DNA of 63,981 nucleotides, counting the filler, from Octopus bimaculoides (lineage: Eukaryota), in the NCBI RefSeq assembly GCF_001194135.2. It is 7 parts of 6 records of this genome, joined end to end, with 100 filler letters (N's around TTAATTAATTAA, not from the genome) between each part and the next. Parts side by side here need not be neighbours in the genome. Positions count along the whole stretch, not along the records: positions 29,674 to 42,585 come from NC_069007.1; positions 42,686 to 57,945 come from NC_068984.1; 5 more parts are not named here. One strand, given 5' to 3'. How positions within the stretch are numbered: the first letter of the stretch is position 1; each line of letters starts with the position of its first letter. A program made the position numbers and the translations under genes. The notes beneath the pieces were generated by a model. It did no database searches. It was not told the origin of the DNA and worked only from the letters and a program-made list of their open reading frames with translations. This document shows positions 38,926 through 52,734 of this stretch, in pieces.

Positions 38926-39005
38926 TAGACCAAAGATAAGATCTAATCCATGTTGTTCGGTGATCTACCAATTCTGTTACCCATGTCCCTTCAGAATGAT
39001 AAATG
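38926..39005 (+). CDS. Candidate exon (phase 2-1): RPKIRSNPCCSVIYQFCYPCPFRMIN
   Basis: tctctctccctctacag acceptor, ATG|GTAATT donor, one open frame. No partner exons established. Confidence 0.22.
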
Positions 39006-39154
39006 GTAATTTTTAACGAATGTTAATGGTTTCAAATTTTGGCCCAAGGTCACCAGTTTTAAGGGAAGGGTGTTAGTTGATTCTATCAACCCAAGCACTT
39101 GGCCGGTATTTCTGCCAGATCAACACCTTCATAATGATAATAATAATAATAATG

Positions 39155-39200
<46 letters not shown>

Positions 39201-39695
39201 AAATAACGGCCCATATCCTTCGCAAAATACTTTCTATGTAATCTTAAATTTTAAAACAAACTCATAATTTTCTTATGGTTTCTTAAACATTCTCTCGAAC
39301 AACACTATGTACAAATCCAAATATATGGCACCCTAGTCATAACACCAACATGAACTTCTAACTTGTTGTGTTGTCTCTTGAGGTCTCTGGGTGAGACTTG
39401 GAGTCAACTTGTACTAATGCAAAACAAAATTCAAACAAAATAATAATAAAAATAATAATTAGAATAATAAAAATAATCCTTTATGCGATAGGCACAAAGC
39501 CTGAAATTGTTGTGGAGGAGGCTAGTTGATTACATCAAGATCATGACATTTTCCTTCTTCCTGTCGTAGATAGTTATGTGCCTCCAGCAATTTGGGTCTG
39601 GCAAGTTGCCTATACACTTAAGCGCTTTATAGGTGAAAGACCAATGGTCACGTTCTGACCGAGCATAACAAACAACCTTCGAGATATACATATAC

Positions 39696-39755
<60 letters not shown>

Positions 39756-40499
39756 ATGTGTGTGTGTGTGTGTGTGTGTTTATGTGTGTGCACGCATGTG
39801 TGTGTGTGCGTGTGTGTATATATATTTACTCTTTTATCTTTTACTTGTTTCAGTNNNNNNNNNNNNNNNNNNNNNNNNNNNNNNNNNNNNNNNNNNNNNN
39901 NNNNNNNNNNNNNNNNNNNNNNNNNNNNNNNNNNNNNNNNNNNNNNNNNNNNNNNNNNNNNNNNNNNNNNNNNNNNNNNNNNNNNNNNNNNNNNNNNNNN
40001 NNNNNNNNNNNNNNNNNNNNNNNNNNNNNNNNNNNNNNNNNNNNNNNNNNNNNNNNNNNNNNNNNNNNNNNNNNNNNNNNNNNNNNNNNNNNNNNNNNNN
40101 NNNNNNNNNNNNNNNNNNNNNNNNNNNNNNNNNNNNNNNNNNNNNNNNNNNNNNNNNNNNNNNNNNNNNNNNNNNNNNNNNNNNNNNNNNNNNNNNNNNN
40201 NNNNNNNNNNNNNNNNNNNNNNNNNNNNNNNNNNNNNNNNNNNNNNNNNNNNNNNNNNNNNNNNNNNNNNNNNNNNNNNNNNNNNNNNNNNNNNNNNNNN
40301 NNNNNNNNNNNNNNNNATATACATATATACGACGACCTTCTTTCAGTTTCCGTCTACCAAATCCACTCACAAGGCTTTGGTCGGCCCAAGGCTATAGTAG
40401 AAGACACTTGTCCAAGGTGCCACGCAGTGGGACTGAACCTGGAACCATGTGGTTTGTAAGCAAGCTACTTACCACAAAGCCACTCCTACGCCTAAAGCA

Positions 40500-40625
40500 C
40501 ATAGCTTAGTGGTTAAGATGTTGCTCTCATGATTGTGAGAACATGGGTTCGATTCAGACTGGGTGTTGCGTTGTGTTCCTGAGCAAAGCACTTCATTTCA
40601 CGTTGCTCTGTGAACATTTCTTCAT
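40500..40625 (+). mobile_element. tRNA-derived SINE head (family C)
   Basis: A-box-like TAGCTTAGTGG and B-box-like GGTTCGATTC, followed by non-tRNA body gttcctgagcaaagcacttcatttcacgttgctc. Confidence 0.7.
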
Positions 40626-41459
40626 CTGACATGTGGCATGTGGTGCACCTGTACAGGTAATATCGATTTGATGGAGGGAATGAGCTTATGTGAACACAAA
40701 CATTTGATTGCTATTAACAAATCATCTGTGTGAGTGTTCAGTAAGAATTGCCAAACTCTCATATGTCAGCTAAGGATGGGAGAGTCCATGATATTATACA
40801 TACATACATACATACATACACACATATATATATANNNNNNNNNNTAATAAATTTTATATATATATATATACACACACACACATATATACATATACATGTA
40901 TATAAATATAAATATAAATATAAATATGCAAGGTATAAATATATACAAATTTGTATACATGGGCATATGTGTGTGTGTATATATATCTTTTATTATCTTA
41001 TATATTTTACTTGTTTCAGTCGTGAGACTGAGGCCATGCTGGGGCACCACCTTGAAGAATTCTTTTCATTGAATATATACGTATTCTTTTATTTTATTTT
41101 TTTTTCGTGTGCACCACCTTAAGGGGTTAGTCAAACAAATCAACCCCAGGGCTTATTTTTTGTAAGCCTAGTACTTATTTTATCGGTCTGTTTTACTGAA
41201 CTGCTAAGTTATGGGGATGTTAACACACCAACACCGATTGTCAAACAGTGGTGGTGGGGGACAAACACAAATACACAAACACATATACGATGGGCTTCTT
41301 ACAGTTTCCGTCTACCAAATCCACTCACAAGGCTATGGTTGGCTCAAGGCTATAGTAAAAGACTCTTGCCCAAAGAGCCACACATGAGACTGAAACCAGA
41401 AACATGTGGTTAGGAAGCAAGATTCTTACCACACAGCCATGCCTGTGCCCACCTATACA

Positions 41460-41494
<35 letters not shown>

Positions 41495-42174
41495 GAATAT
41501 ATATGTACATAATTTGTATGTTAATGTGTGCATGTGTATAAAACCATGAACAATTACTGTTTATTGTTTTACATTATGAAAAGAATTAATTAAGAGCAAT
41601 TCCTAACACATAACTAACTAATTAATTAGCATTTATTTAACTCAATTTAAAACACAGGTGGGAATATAATAAACATTTCAGACTATATTAATAGTAAAAC
41701 TACCCATAAAAACTTTGTAGGGGTACACTGATTGTACCCTTCAATCTGGGTTTGAGTTTTGGTACTTAATTAGTTAAAGGTCTAATGTTGATGCAATTAG
41801 TAGCATCGTAAGAGCATTGGGAAAAATGTGTTGTGGGTCTTTATGCTCTGAGTTCAAATCTTAGTGCAATCAACTTTGTCTTTCACCATTCAGGTTGTCC
41901 TAGTTGGATGGTTAACTTATTCCTTCTCTGTTTGAACATCACCAATTTGCACCTTGGGTGTGTTCAACAGAGGTGGGGGGGGGCACTCTGTTGTAAGCTT
42001 TCAGTGTAGGTCTCCAGTTTGAGCCTATCTTCCTCTCCAACCTGTAAAGGGTTCATAAGGTCTCGTAGGCACTGCCCCTCCCTACAAACTAAAAAATACT
42101 CAGCCTCTGCAATCAGATCTCATAGAGCTGTGCTTTTCGTGACTCTATATTAGTCAAGTGCCCTTTCTCCTGTT

Positions 42175-42585
42175 CCCACTGGTGGTGGTGGTAGTGGAAG
42201 TGGTAGTGGTGATGGTGGTGGTGTATGGTGGTGGTAGAGGCAAAGGTAGTAGTATCAGTGGTGGTAGTGTTGTTACTATTATTGTTGTTGTTGTGGTGGT
42301 GGTGTCAGTGGTAGTGGAGGCAGTACCCGCAGCATTGAAGGTGATGGTGGTGTTGGCTGAAGTATTAATGATGGTGGAAGTAGTGGAGTAGTGTTGAGGT
42401 TATTCCTGTCTGTATTGTCAGTGATGTAGGTGGTGTTAGTGGCAGCAGTAATAGTAGTAGTGGTGGTGGTAATGATAGTGGTGGTGATGGTGGTGATGGT
42501 GGTGATGATAGTAATGGTAGCTGTGGTGGTAATGGTGGTGGTTGTGGTGGTGGTGACAGTGGTGATGATGGTGGTGGTGGTGGTG
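42175..42585. repeat. (GGT/GAT/AGT)n low-complexity tract
   Basis: Visible triplet runs giving poly-Val ORFs. Confidence 0.9.
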
Positions 42586-43152
42586 NNNNNNNNNNNNNNN
42601 NNNNNNNNNNNNNNNNNNNNNNNNNNNNNTTAATTAATTAANNNNNNNNNNNNNNNNNNNNNNNNNNNNNNNNNNNNNNNNNNNNATATACATGTATACA
42701 TATATACATGTATACATGTATACATATATACATGTATACATATATACATGTATACACACACATATATATAAACAAGGGCTGTTTTATAAGTATCTCGACT
42801 GTTGCCATAGTTATTTTATAAATTTAATTTTTTTACTTTTCATCTTTGAACATTAGCAACAGTAATTAGTCATTTGCAGAGGACAGTAACACGAGCTAAT
42901 CATCTTCAAAGACTAACAACACCAGCTAATCATCTTCACAGATTAGCAACATTTGATAAAAAAGACGAAACAGATAAATCTTGTTTACATATGGGTCAAT
43001 ATGTATTTTCCAAATAGAAATAGATAATAAGATTTTAATTACATCTCTCACCATTATGGTTACACGCATTAGTAGCCCACGCTCTAAACCACTATGCCCT
43101 ATGCATACATACACGCACACATATACGCGTGCACGCACGCACGCACACACAC

Positions 43153-43239
<87 letters not shown>

Positions 43240-44169
43240 CCTTTATTTTAATTACATTAATTTTAAATAATACATTTATAAGATTGCAAGTGAATAATTT
43301 TGATTCAACACTATTACACTCGATATAGATGCATCTAGCCGACATTGAGCCAAATCCCACCATACTCAATTGACAATTACTTTTTGTAAGCTGTGGGAAT
43401 ATAATTAACATTGACCAACAGTAACTTAAAATTGTATTATTTCTCCATGAGTCATTCTTCATTGCGTATAATTGAATTCTTATCAGTTCCTTTCTTGTTT
43501 AGGAAACGGCAATGCTATTAAAATTCATTTTTTCAATTCCATACTTGATTCGGAATTTTTATTTTATTCTTTCCCTTTTGTCAAATTTCGTTATTGTTTT
43601 CATAAAAATATTGAATGAATATTCTCATTCTGCTTAGCAAACACCGTATTTTATTCTGTATCGTATAAAACATTGCAAAAATGTTGCCCTATTTAGATAA
43701 TAAATGCTACCTTTATGTAGTGTGTTTAAAAATTATATGCAGTGAAGAATACGCTGATTTTTCTCATAGTTATAATGGATATAGAAGCATATGTATTTCT
43801 AATTGAGAGAATTAATTTAAATACCTCTAAGTACACATTAACTGAAAGGCGTAGAATATAATGAGGTACCCAGACCAGAATTTAATACCGACCATAGTAC
43901 GGCAAGATTTAGTTTTCAAGTTAATGCTTTGAAAATATATGTAGAAACAGAATATAATTCTTTGTCTTTTGAATAAATAACTTGAATTTACTACAGATTA
44001 AAGACAAGGTAGTGTAAACTATATAAATCAACTGACATGTGCTGCATTTTCTCAAGGTTTTGTCTTTCGATCTTATCAAAGTGGTACATTTTTCGAATGA
44101 GGAAACTCTCTGTGTCTTCATGTATATGTATGCATGTATGTATGTATGTATGTATGTATGTAAGTATAC

Positions 44170-44420
44170 ATGTATGCATGTATATTATTTACATTATTTC
44201 CATTGGACAGATATGTGTCTTCATCTTGTTTGTTGTTACCACAACCTTTCTGCTGATTTACTTTCCAGCTTTCATCAGGTGCCCTGGTAGACTTTATTCA
44301 AGGCACTGCTTGGAATTGAACTCGGAATCTTTGAGTTAGTAGCCTGCACTCTTAACAATTACTTTAAGTTTACGAGCTACTAACACCAAGATTCCGAGTT
44401 CAACTCCAGGCAGTACCTTG

Positions 44421-44495
<75 letters not shown>

Positions 44496-44690
44496 TATCA
44501 GCTAAAAAAAATACCCTAGGAATGAGAACGTAGGGTTGGGTTCAAAATTTTACCGGGACAGCTGATGAAGGCTGAGGAGAAAATCAGCTGAAATATTGTG
44601 GTAACAACAAACAAGATGGGACACATATCCGTCCAATACAAATAATATAAATAATGCACAGAATTCCTCATCTCTAAAATATAGAATGTA
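44170..44690. mobile_element. Inverted pair of hammerhead-bearing repeat ends around a (TAA)n tract
   Basis: ~44170-44290 and ~44545-44670 are reverse complements. Minus copy: ggcac CTGATGA aagctg..cagca GAAAGGTT gtggt. Plus copy: gacag CTGATGA aggctga..tcagct GAAATATT gtggt. Confidence 0.75.
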
Positions 44691-44758
44691 GGTATATATG
44701 TATATATGTACATAAATATATATATATGGGGATGGGATTGCGTGTATATATGTATATT

Positions 44759-45996
44759 TACGAGGGGTATTAATAAAAAATTTCCCTTGACACACTTCCG
44801 GGTATTGCAGGAATCAGAACTTGTACAGGTACAATTATATATGTCTCTCCATGTCACATGGTAAATTGCTGCTTTCCACACGTATTCGTTTGTCTTTTAC
44901 GGCTGCTGAAGTTGAATAAGGTGTTAGAATGGAGGCAGTTTTATTCGTATCAGTAATCAGAATTTTATACTTAAAAGGTCGTATACCAAAACAGGTTTTC
45001 GGTGAGATGAAAGAACTTTATGGTGACGATGCACCATCGTACAACGTAGTCACGCACTGATATCGCCAGTTCAAATGTGGCCAGATATCAATGGTAAATT
45101 CTCCTATTCCTGGACGACCACATTCCGCCATTGATGACGACACCAACCATAAATTGGAAGCCGCCATTTTGGAGGATTGCCACACAAGTATTCGGTAAGT
45201 AGCCCAAGTGAAGATAAGTGTATGGTCCGAGGAAAAAATCATTTATGACCATTTGCACATTTACAGAAGCAGGAACAAGTCAATTGCTCCACGCCTCTTT
45301 TGGCAACATGCCAAGAAAAAGCGGAGGGAATTTTTCGGCAGACTTACAACAAAGGATAAAACTTGGGTCCATTACTATGATCTAAGTCTACAGGCCAGTC
45401 GAATCACTGGAAATATGATTTACTCACCTCCTCCAAATAAAGCACGTGACCATTCTAGAGTAGGGAAGGTGGCGCTCACAGTTTTTTGGGACCAGCGCTA
45501 AGTAGTGATTACGGATTTTCTGGCAATAGGAATTAACAGGGAATATCATACTTCTCTGCTGCAGAAATTGCGGGATACCATCAAAGCAGAGACGCGAGGC
45601 ATGTTGACCAAATATGTCCGCTTCCTTCAAGACAATGCCCCATTTCACAATACGCATGTTGCCCAAATTAAAGCACACTCCTGCGGCTATTAAATCCTTC
45701 CTCATCCCTCTTACTATCCCGATCTCGCACCATCTGATTTCCACCTCTTTCCAACCATGAAGCCTTTTTTGACGAGGAAGGACCTTTCTGATGATGATGA
45801 ATTTATTTCCGAGGTAGATTCTTGGCTCCAGACGCAACCTACTGACTTCTAGAGACGCGGTCTTCACAGCTGTATAATGAGAGTAGGGTGTCAATGTTGA
45901 TGGTGGCTATGTAGAAAAGGACTAATAATTATGCCAAGTTTCGTTTCTCCTAGTCCTTTGGAAGTGGGTCAAGGAAAATCTTTCTTGAACACCCCT

Positions 45997-46000
<4 letters not shown>
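44759..46000 (+). mobile_element. Full-length mariner (DD34D) element with imperfect ~40-bp TIRs and TA ends
   Basis: TA-cgaggggtattaataaaaaatttcccttgacacacttcc at the left and ggaagtgggtcaaggaaaatctttcttgaacacccctcc-TA at the right. Confidence 0.93.
44930..45925 (+). pseudogene. Mariner transposase pseudogene
   Basis: YGDDAPSY..GRPHS, LTTKDKTWVHYYD, KVALTVFWDQ, FLQDNAPFH, LPHPSYYPDLAPSDFHLFP, with several in-frame stops. Confidence 0.95.
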
Positions 46001-46042
<42 letters not shown>

Positions 46043-46161
46043 TACATATATAGGTGTATTTCTGACGCTGATGTAGGTGTAAGTAATCATACACGTGGTA
46101 TGATTTAATCCAAATTTCATTAAATTAAAGTAAACGTCTATATAACGTTTAAGATGCATAC

Positions 46162-46263
46162 CAAATTTAGAACAGCAGATCTAACGTATTCTCCTTTGTC
46201 TCCGAGAAATTTCTCATTGAAACTTAGCGTTACGAAAACAGCAGAGTTCCGCCAGAAACTCAT
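46162..46263 (-). CDS. Candidate first coding exon: MSFWRNSAVFVTLSFNEKFLGDKGEYVRSAVLNL (phase 0)
   Basis: 34 open codons from the ATG to a TTG|GTATGC donor. CpG-rich relative to the flanks, with CCGGAA just upstream. No homology recognised. Confidence 0.4.
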
Positions 46264-46554
46264 CGGTGTTTCGTCGGTTCCGGTTTTCGATTATTATTTA
46301 TATCCTCAGTGATGTACACCAGTTATTATGAGCCAAGCTGAAGATCATGTGCTCATTATGTTCAAAACAACGAATTTGTAGATGATGTAAGAAATTGTTT
46401 GTGGTAGGACAAATACAAACAATATGTGTATGCAACATGTCCGAGACGAAAATGTAGGACATAAATAAGTAATGTTTCGATTTGTGTTGGATAAAAACTA
46501 TTGCAATATATATATATATATATATACATATATAGATGTACATGCGCGCGCGCG

Positions 46555-46599
<45 letters not shown>

Positions 46600-46734
46600 N
46601 NNNNNNNNNNNNNNNNNNNNNNNNNNNNNNNNNNNNNNNNNNNNNNNNNNNNNNNNNNNNNNNNNNNNNNNNNNNNNNNNNNNNNNNNNNNNNNNNNNNN
46701 NNNNNNNNNNNNNNNNNNNNNNNNNNNNNNNNNN

Positions 46735-46778
<44 letters not shown>

Positions 46779-47647
46779 GTGATAAAAGGAAAATCAGCAA
46801 CAAGAGATTTTCTTTATGATGCTATCACATAAAACTCTTGAAATACAAGCAAGCTTTATTTGTGATACTTAATACTTAAAATGTCTCTACGTGCTTGTAT
46901 TGAAGAGAAACGAAAAACATAAAGACAGGCTTTTGAATTGCATTATTCAATGAATGCGTTTATTTGAATGAGAACTAATAATGTTATTTCAATATAATTA
47001 ACGTCCATAAAGACGCATCCAGCCGAAATTGAGCCAAATTTTACAATTTTCTACTGACAAATAGTTTGTTTAAAGACTGAGAAAGTAATTAACATTGACC
47101 AACAGTAAATTAAAATTGCATTATTTTTCCATACGTCATTCATCACTGCGTAACGTAATTATATTCACTTCGGTTCTGTTCTTTTTTCTGGAATTTCTAC
47201 GTAATTAACATTATTTTTTCATTGAAAATCATTGGATTCTTAATTTTTGCTGAAAAAAAAAAGACATAGAAAATTAAGTGCTTTTATTTGTTCCGCAAAC
47301 GCAAAATATTTCTTTCCGTGTTCTGTAGATTTTCCGACTTCAGGTCATGTTTAGTTATTACAGCTTTTATATAATTTTCCATGTATTTTAGCATGTAAAT
47401 TTCTTTGTTAAGATCGTAAGTTGTTTTGATCTTGTCTGTATATTACATGAAATGTATTAATATAGGAATGTTATATATGTACCCGTGCTTATGTACAGTT
47501 ATAACTTCATGACAAACATGGAATAAATGAATATTACTACTATATTTGAGCTGGTGTATATATATACACATGCATATATATATATATATATATATATATG
47601 CATATATATATATACACATATATAGATATATATACATGTATACATAA

Positions 47648-47758
<111 letters not shown>

Positions 47759-47985
47759 TGTATGTACATATACCTCCGTGTGTGTATGAATGTGTATATG
47801 TTTATATAGTAACAAACTAGGGAAAAGAGATGTTTCAAAGGGGTGTGTTAAACAGCCAATTCACTGATACGTCAGTTGAATACTTTGTAAACCCAACCGT
47901 CCTTTCAAACGGAATTTCGTCTATCTTTAAATCATGATCCTGAAGTGAGATATATATATATAAGTGAACTGTTATTGTGTATGCG

Positions 47986-48074
47986 ATCATTACATCAATT
48001 TAAATGCAGTGCCACCTTCAGATGCACAAATTATTAATCTGAAGATGACACTGCATTTAAATTGTTGTAATGAT
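47986..48074. other. Hairpin with 38-bp arms (3 mismatches) and a 13-nt loop
   Basis: atcattacatcaatttaaatgcagtgccaccttcagat / atctgaagatgacactgcatttaaattgttgtaatgat. Confidence 0.9.
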
Positions 48075-48149
48075 TTCATTGTTCAATTAAATGGAGCCTA
48101 TTGAAGCGGTCGTACTGCATCACTACGTGGTATCCTGTTGTTAATCCTG

Positions 48150-48180
<31 letters not shown>

Positions 48181-51100
48181 NNNNNNNNNNNNNNNNNNNN
48201 NNNNNNNNNNNNNNNNNNNNNNNNNNNNNNNNNNNNNNNNNNNNNNNNNNNNNNNNNNNNNNNNNNNNNNNNNNNNNNNNNNNNNNNNNTAATATGAATC
48301 ACTCACCTACGAAACCGCGGTGAATGTGTGTAATGTATGTGCTATTGATGTAGTGAAGGTCGCGGTAGATATATGACTAAAAGATAGAGGAAATAAAAGC
48401 AAAATTATTTCAATGCCGAAGAAGAAAGAAATATTACCGACAACTGTGTTAATACTGTGTTAATACAGTTGTATATTTAAGAGATGAGGAATTATATACA
48501 TTATTTTCATTATTTACATTTGGAGGGTATATTAGACGAAACGTTGTGTTAACAACAAACAAAATATCCGTCACATGTAAATAATGGAAATATTGTGTTG
48601 TATTTCCTGCGACGTGCATTACTGTGAGTGTTAAAAACGCCGTACATCAGCTGAGTCTTGATGGAATGGTTATGTTTCTAATAGAGTAATATGCTAGAAG
48701 GTCACTATCGATGAGCATGTGCATGCAGAAGTGTTGCCGCAGGAAATAGTTTGTTTTAACAAGGTAGACTTTTCAAGTAGTTTTTAAATATTTTTCATTA
48801 GCATGCGTTAAGATGAGGTACAGTGGGATTTCTAATATTACTGGCCCCGAAAATGTAATAAAATAGGAGCTGAAAACAACAGAAATTATTCTGGTACCTT
48901 GAGCTTCATGCATAACACGTGTGAAACACTACACACTTTATTGAGTATTGCCAGATTCGTAAACCCAAACTTTCATACATAACACATATATATGTGTGCC
49001 TGCATGTATGCATGTATATATGCATGTATATATGTACGTCTCAATATGTCTAAGTATTTGTGCGTTTGAATATTTGTATCTAAACACGTGTTGTATATTT
49101 GTGTAAGATTAGTCTAACTAAATGTTCACATACACATACACTCATATTCATATACACGCACGCACAGAAAGTGGATTGATCCCGTAAATATATAAATAAA
49201 TTGAGTTTACTAGATTTTGGTTGCCCTCTCGAAATTCCATGAACTAAAAATAATGCTTTCATAAATTTTGTGAAAAAGCTTTAAAACCCATCTGTCAGTT
49301 TAGAACGGTTTGACATTATAAGCTACAATAAAGTTAAAGGGCAATGACGTAAAAGCACGTCAAAATAAAATTTCAACAATAATCGTGTTTTCTGTATACT
49401 GAAGCTGTGCTTGACATTTCAATTAATGTTTTCTTCATGATTTATTTAAAATGTTTTCAAATACATTTATACATTTCCTTAAAAATAAAATTTACCAATA
49501 TTGCATCCGCTGTAGTGTGTATGTATAACTGTTGTGTGGTGTGAGAATAGATGTATATACGTGTAACCGCTGTGTAGAGTATGAATACATGTGTATGTAA
49601 ATAGTGGAAAGATAAGTTATGTAAGACAGCCATTTGTTTAATATGTTCAGGATTTATCCACCGGTTACTGTTTAATGTTATTGTTGTTGCTGGGGATTAA
49701 CGACAGGCCATTCCGGACAATCCAGATAAGACAAACTGTCATTTTCCTGGGGGGAAATGCACCGAGGCACATCTAAGCAATGGGTCATATTTTCTAAGGC
49801 GGCAGAATGTGATTCGAAACATATTTTATATTTATTTCTAGCAAGCCAGGAGATCGTATATATTGTCCCTATTTGTCTTGGCTAAATATTACTATTTAGG
49901 TATTGAACTGTGGCTGAAGTTGTCTTAGATTCCATCCTAATTCAGAAATACGATGATAATGCGAAAGCCTAAGAGTTCGGGGAAATATAGTTTGCACATA
50001 CTTCTAAACTATATAGGTCGGTCAATTGTTATCTAAGCTNNNNNNNNNNNNNNNNNNNNNNNNNNNNNNNNNNNNNNNNNNNNNNNNNNNNNNNNNNNNN
50101 NNNNNNNNNNNNNNNNNNNNNNNNNNNNNNNNNNNNNNNNNNNNNNNNNNNNNNNNNNNNNNNNNNNNNNNNNNNNNNNNNNNNNNNNNNNNNNNNNNNN
50201 NNNNNNNNNNNNNNNNNNNNNNNNNNNNNNNNNNNNNNNNNNNNNNNNNNNNNNNNNNNNNNNNNNNNNNNNNNNNNNNNNNNNNNNNNNNNNNNNNTAT
50301 TTTTTCGGTCACTTGTGCCGAACCACAAGTTATGGGACGTAAACACACCAACATCAATTGCCAGGTGATGGTGTGGGACGGAGAGAAACACAGACACACA
50401 AATATATACATATACATATATTTATATATACGACGGGCTTCTTTCAGTTTCCGTCTACCAAATCCACTCACAAGGCTTAGGTCGACCCGAGGCTTTAGCA
50501 GCAGACAGTGGGACTGGATCCGGGACCACGTGGTTGGGAAGCAAGCTTCTTACCACACAGCCACGCCTGTGCCTATATATATATATATATAAGGGCCAAC
50601 ACCCTGTTCCAATTTGACATTATCTCAGGGATATAAAGACAATGAAGTCTATGAATAGCAATCTATGAATATCCTAAGGCTGTAACATAAAGAAAAAAAT
50701 GGCCTTTCTCTTTTAGACATTTACTCTCCATTTACTCCTTCCTACATAGCTGTAGTAGGAATATATAGTTAGGACAAGGTGTTGATGTGGCTGCATTTAT
50801 GTTATTACAATAGTTCATAAAGAGATGAAGAATAAATTCAAGACCTATATATTTACTACATAAAAATATATTTTATTTAGTGGTCGATGATGATACATAG
50901 AATCAAGATGTAGAATCTAGTTGGATGAAGTAATATATGCAAGAAAGTTCAGAGATAACAAATATAGAAATAACAGCTAAGTGGTGGTTTTCAGTCATGT
51001 AGCGTAGAGAAATAGACGGACATAGCAATAACGCGAATGGTTCTAAGAAGTGAAGAGCAGGGTTAGCAAGTTCTTTTTATTAATGGAATTATAGCTTCTT

Positions 51101-51293
51101 GAATAATTCAGAATCACGTCTCATGAAACAGATGCTTCGAAAAACTTATTAAGGGGAGGTTACTCTATAATCTTTCTTGCAAGGGAGAACATTCAACTAC
51201 TTAGCAACGTAGACCACCACATAGCCACTTTCTTTCACTACCTACCAACATCCAATTCTAACTCACATTATAAAACCTGTTTGTACGTGTGTG

Positions 51294-51375
<82 letters not shown>

Positions 51376-52030
51376 CGTGCGCGCGAGTGTTCTGTGATAA
51401 AATGTTTGTGAGTCTGAAAAACGTGAAAAGGTGCAGAACAAATAAACCTAAAAAGGAACAAATGCATATCTCGATATGAATTATGTTTTTGTCTTTAAAA
51501 AAATGTAATTTATTCATAGAAAACCGTTAAATGTTAACTTATAAGGATGCCAATTCATATGAACAAATATCGCATATAAGACTAATGCTACGCCGACACA
51601 ACATATCAAGCAACGTAAAAACAATAAGGTATACGTGAACATTTCGCATTCATTTTATTGTATGGTGCTTTCATATATACCACATGATAATTTCAATATA
51701 TACATTTTCAGTAGACACATTTTCCACAAACATAAGTCGATATTTAGCCATCACCTTATAATGCATCTACCATGGCTTATTACTATAGAAACACTGATAG
51801 AGAAGATCGTCTTAATCAGTTAATCATATCGAATCAATTTCGGGGAGGGAGAAGGTCGATTACATCGAACCAGGTGCTCAGCTCATACATATTATATTGA
51901 CCTTCAATGGATTAATGGAAAAGTCGAAATCACCGGAATTTGAACTCAAATCGTATTACACCGCATAACATTGAGATGTATATGGAACCACTTTGGTCAT
52001 TATACATTTTGATCGTGCACGTGTCATGTG

Positions 52031-52064
<34 letters not shown>

Positions 52065-52143
52065 NNNNNNNNNNNNNNNNNNNNNNNNNNNNNNNNNNNN
52101 NNNNNNNNNNNNNNNNNNNNNNNNNNNNNNNNNNNNNNNNNNN

Positions 52144-52182
<39 letters not shown>

Positions 52183-52525
52183 GATAATAAACAAGTTTTA
52201 TTATTATAGGATTGCGTTATGGCTCTTATTCAAATTGATATGCACCCAAAATTGTATCATATATATGAAAGTCTTTATATTTAAACACAGTATAAACAAC
52301 TTTTCAAGTGAGAATTTTTCTACTTTGATAACAGGTACAATATTTTACCAAAATATTTGGTAGAGATTTAAATATATATATATGTCTGTGTGTGTGTGTG
52401 TGAGTGTGTGTGTGGGGGCGGGGTGTATGTATGCATTTATGCATGCATGCATGTATGTATGTATGTATGTATGTATGCAAAGTTACTTAATTCCACACGG
52501 GTAGAAACATTGTAAAAATAAAATT

Positions 52526-52681
52526 TGAAAATGCACTGAGAATAGTTAAAATACGTTTTATTAATAATTTTGAAGCTTTAACCGGTTTGCCTTTTTTTAA
52601 AATCAATGTAAACTGTGAAACTGGTTAAAGCTTCAAATATATTAACGAAAAAATATTTTAACTATTCTCATTGCATTTTCA
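52526..52681. mobile_element. Short MITE-like element with ~60-bp imperfect inverted arms
   Basis: tgaaaatgcactgagaatagttaaaata..ttgaagctttaaccggttt / aaactggttaaagcttcaa..tattttaactattctcattgcattttca. Confidence 0.75.
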
Positions 52682-52695
52682 GCTTTTATTTTTCT

Positions 52696-52734
<39 letters not shown>

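Noticed and set aside
40500-40570. Possible tRNA gene
   Set aside because: A and B boxes are present but no acceptor stem or cloverleaf forms, and it continues into SINE body.
41900-42160. GC-richer segment with an acceptor-like site and a 47-codon open frame
   Set aside because: Looks more like a frame-shifted RTE-type remnant (LKLET..LKAYN), and no consistent exon model could be built.
48313-48326. cgcggtgaatg, similar to part of miR-124
   Set aside because: Seed region absent and no precursor hairpin.
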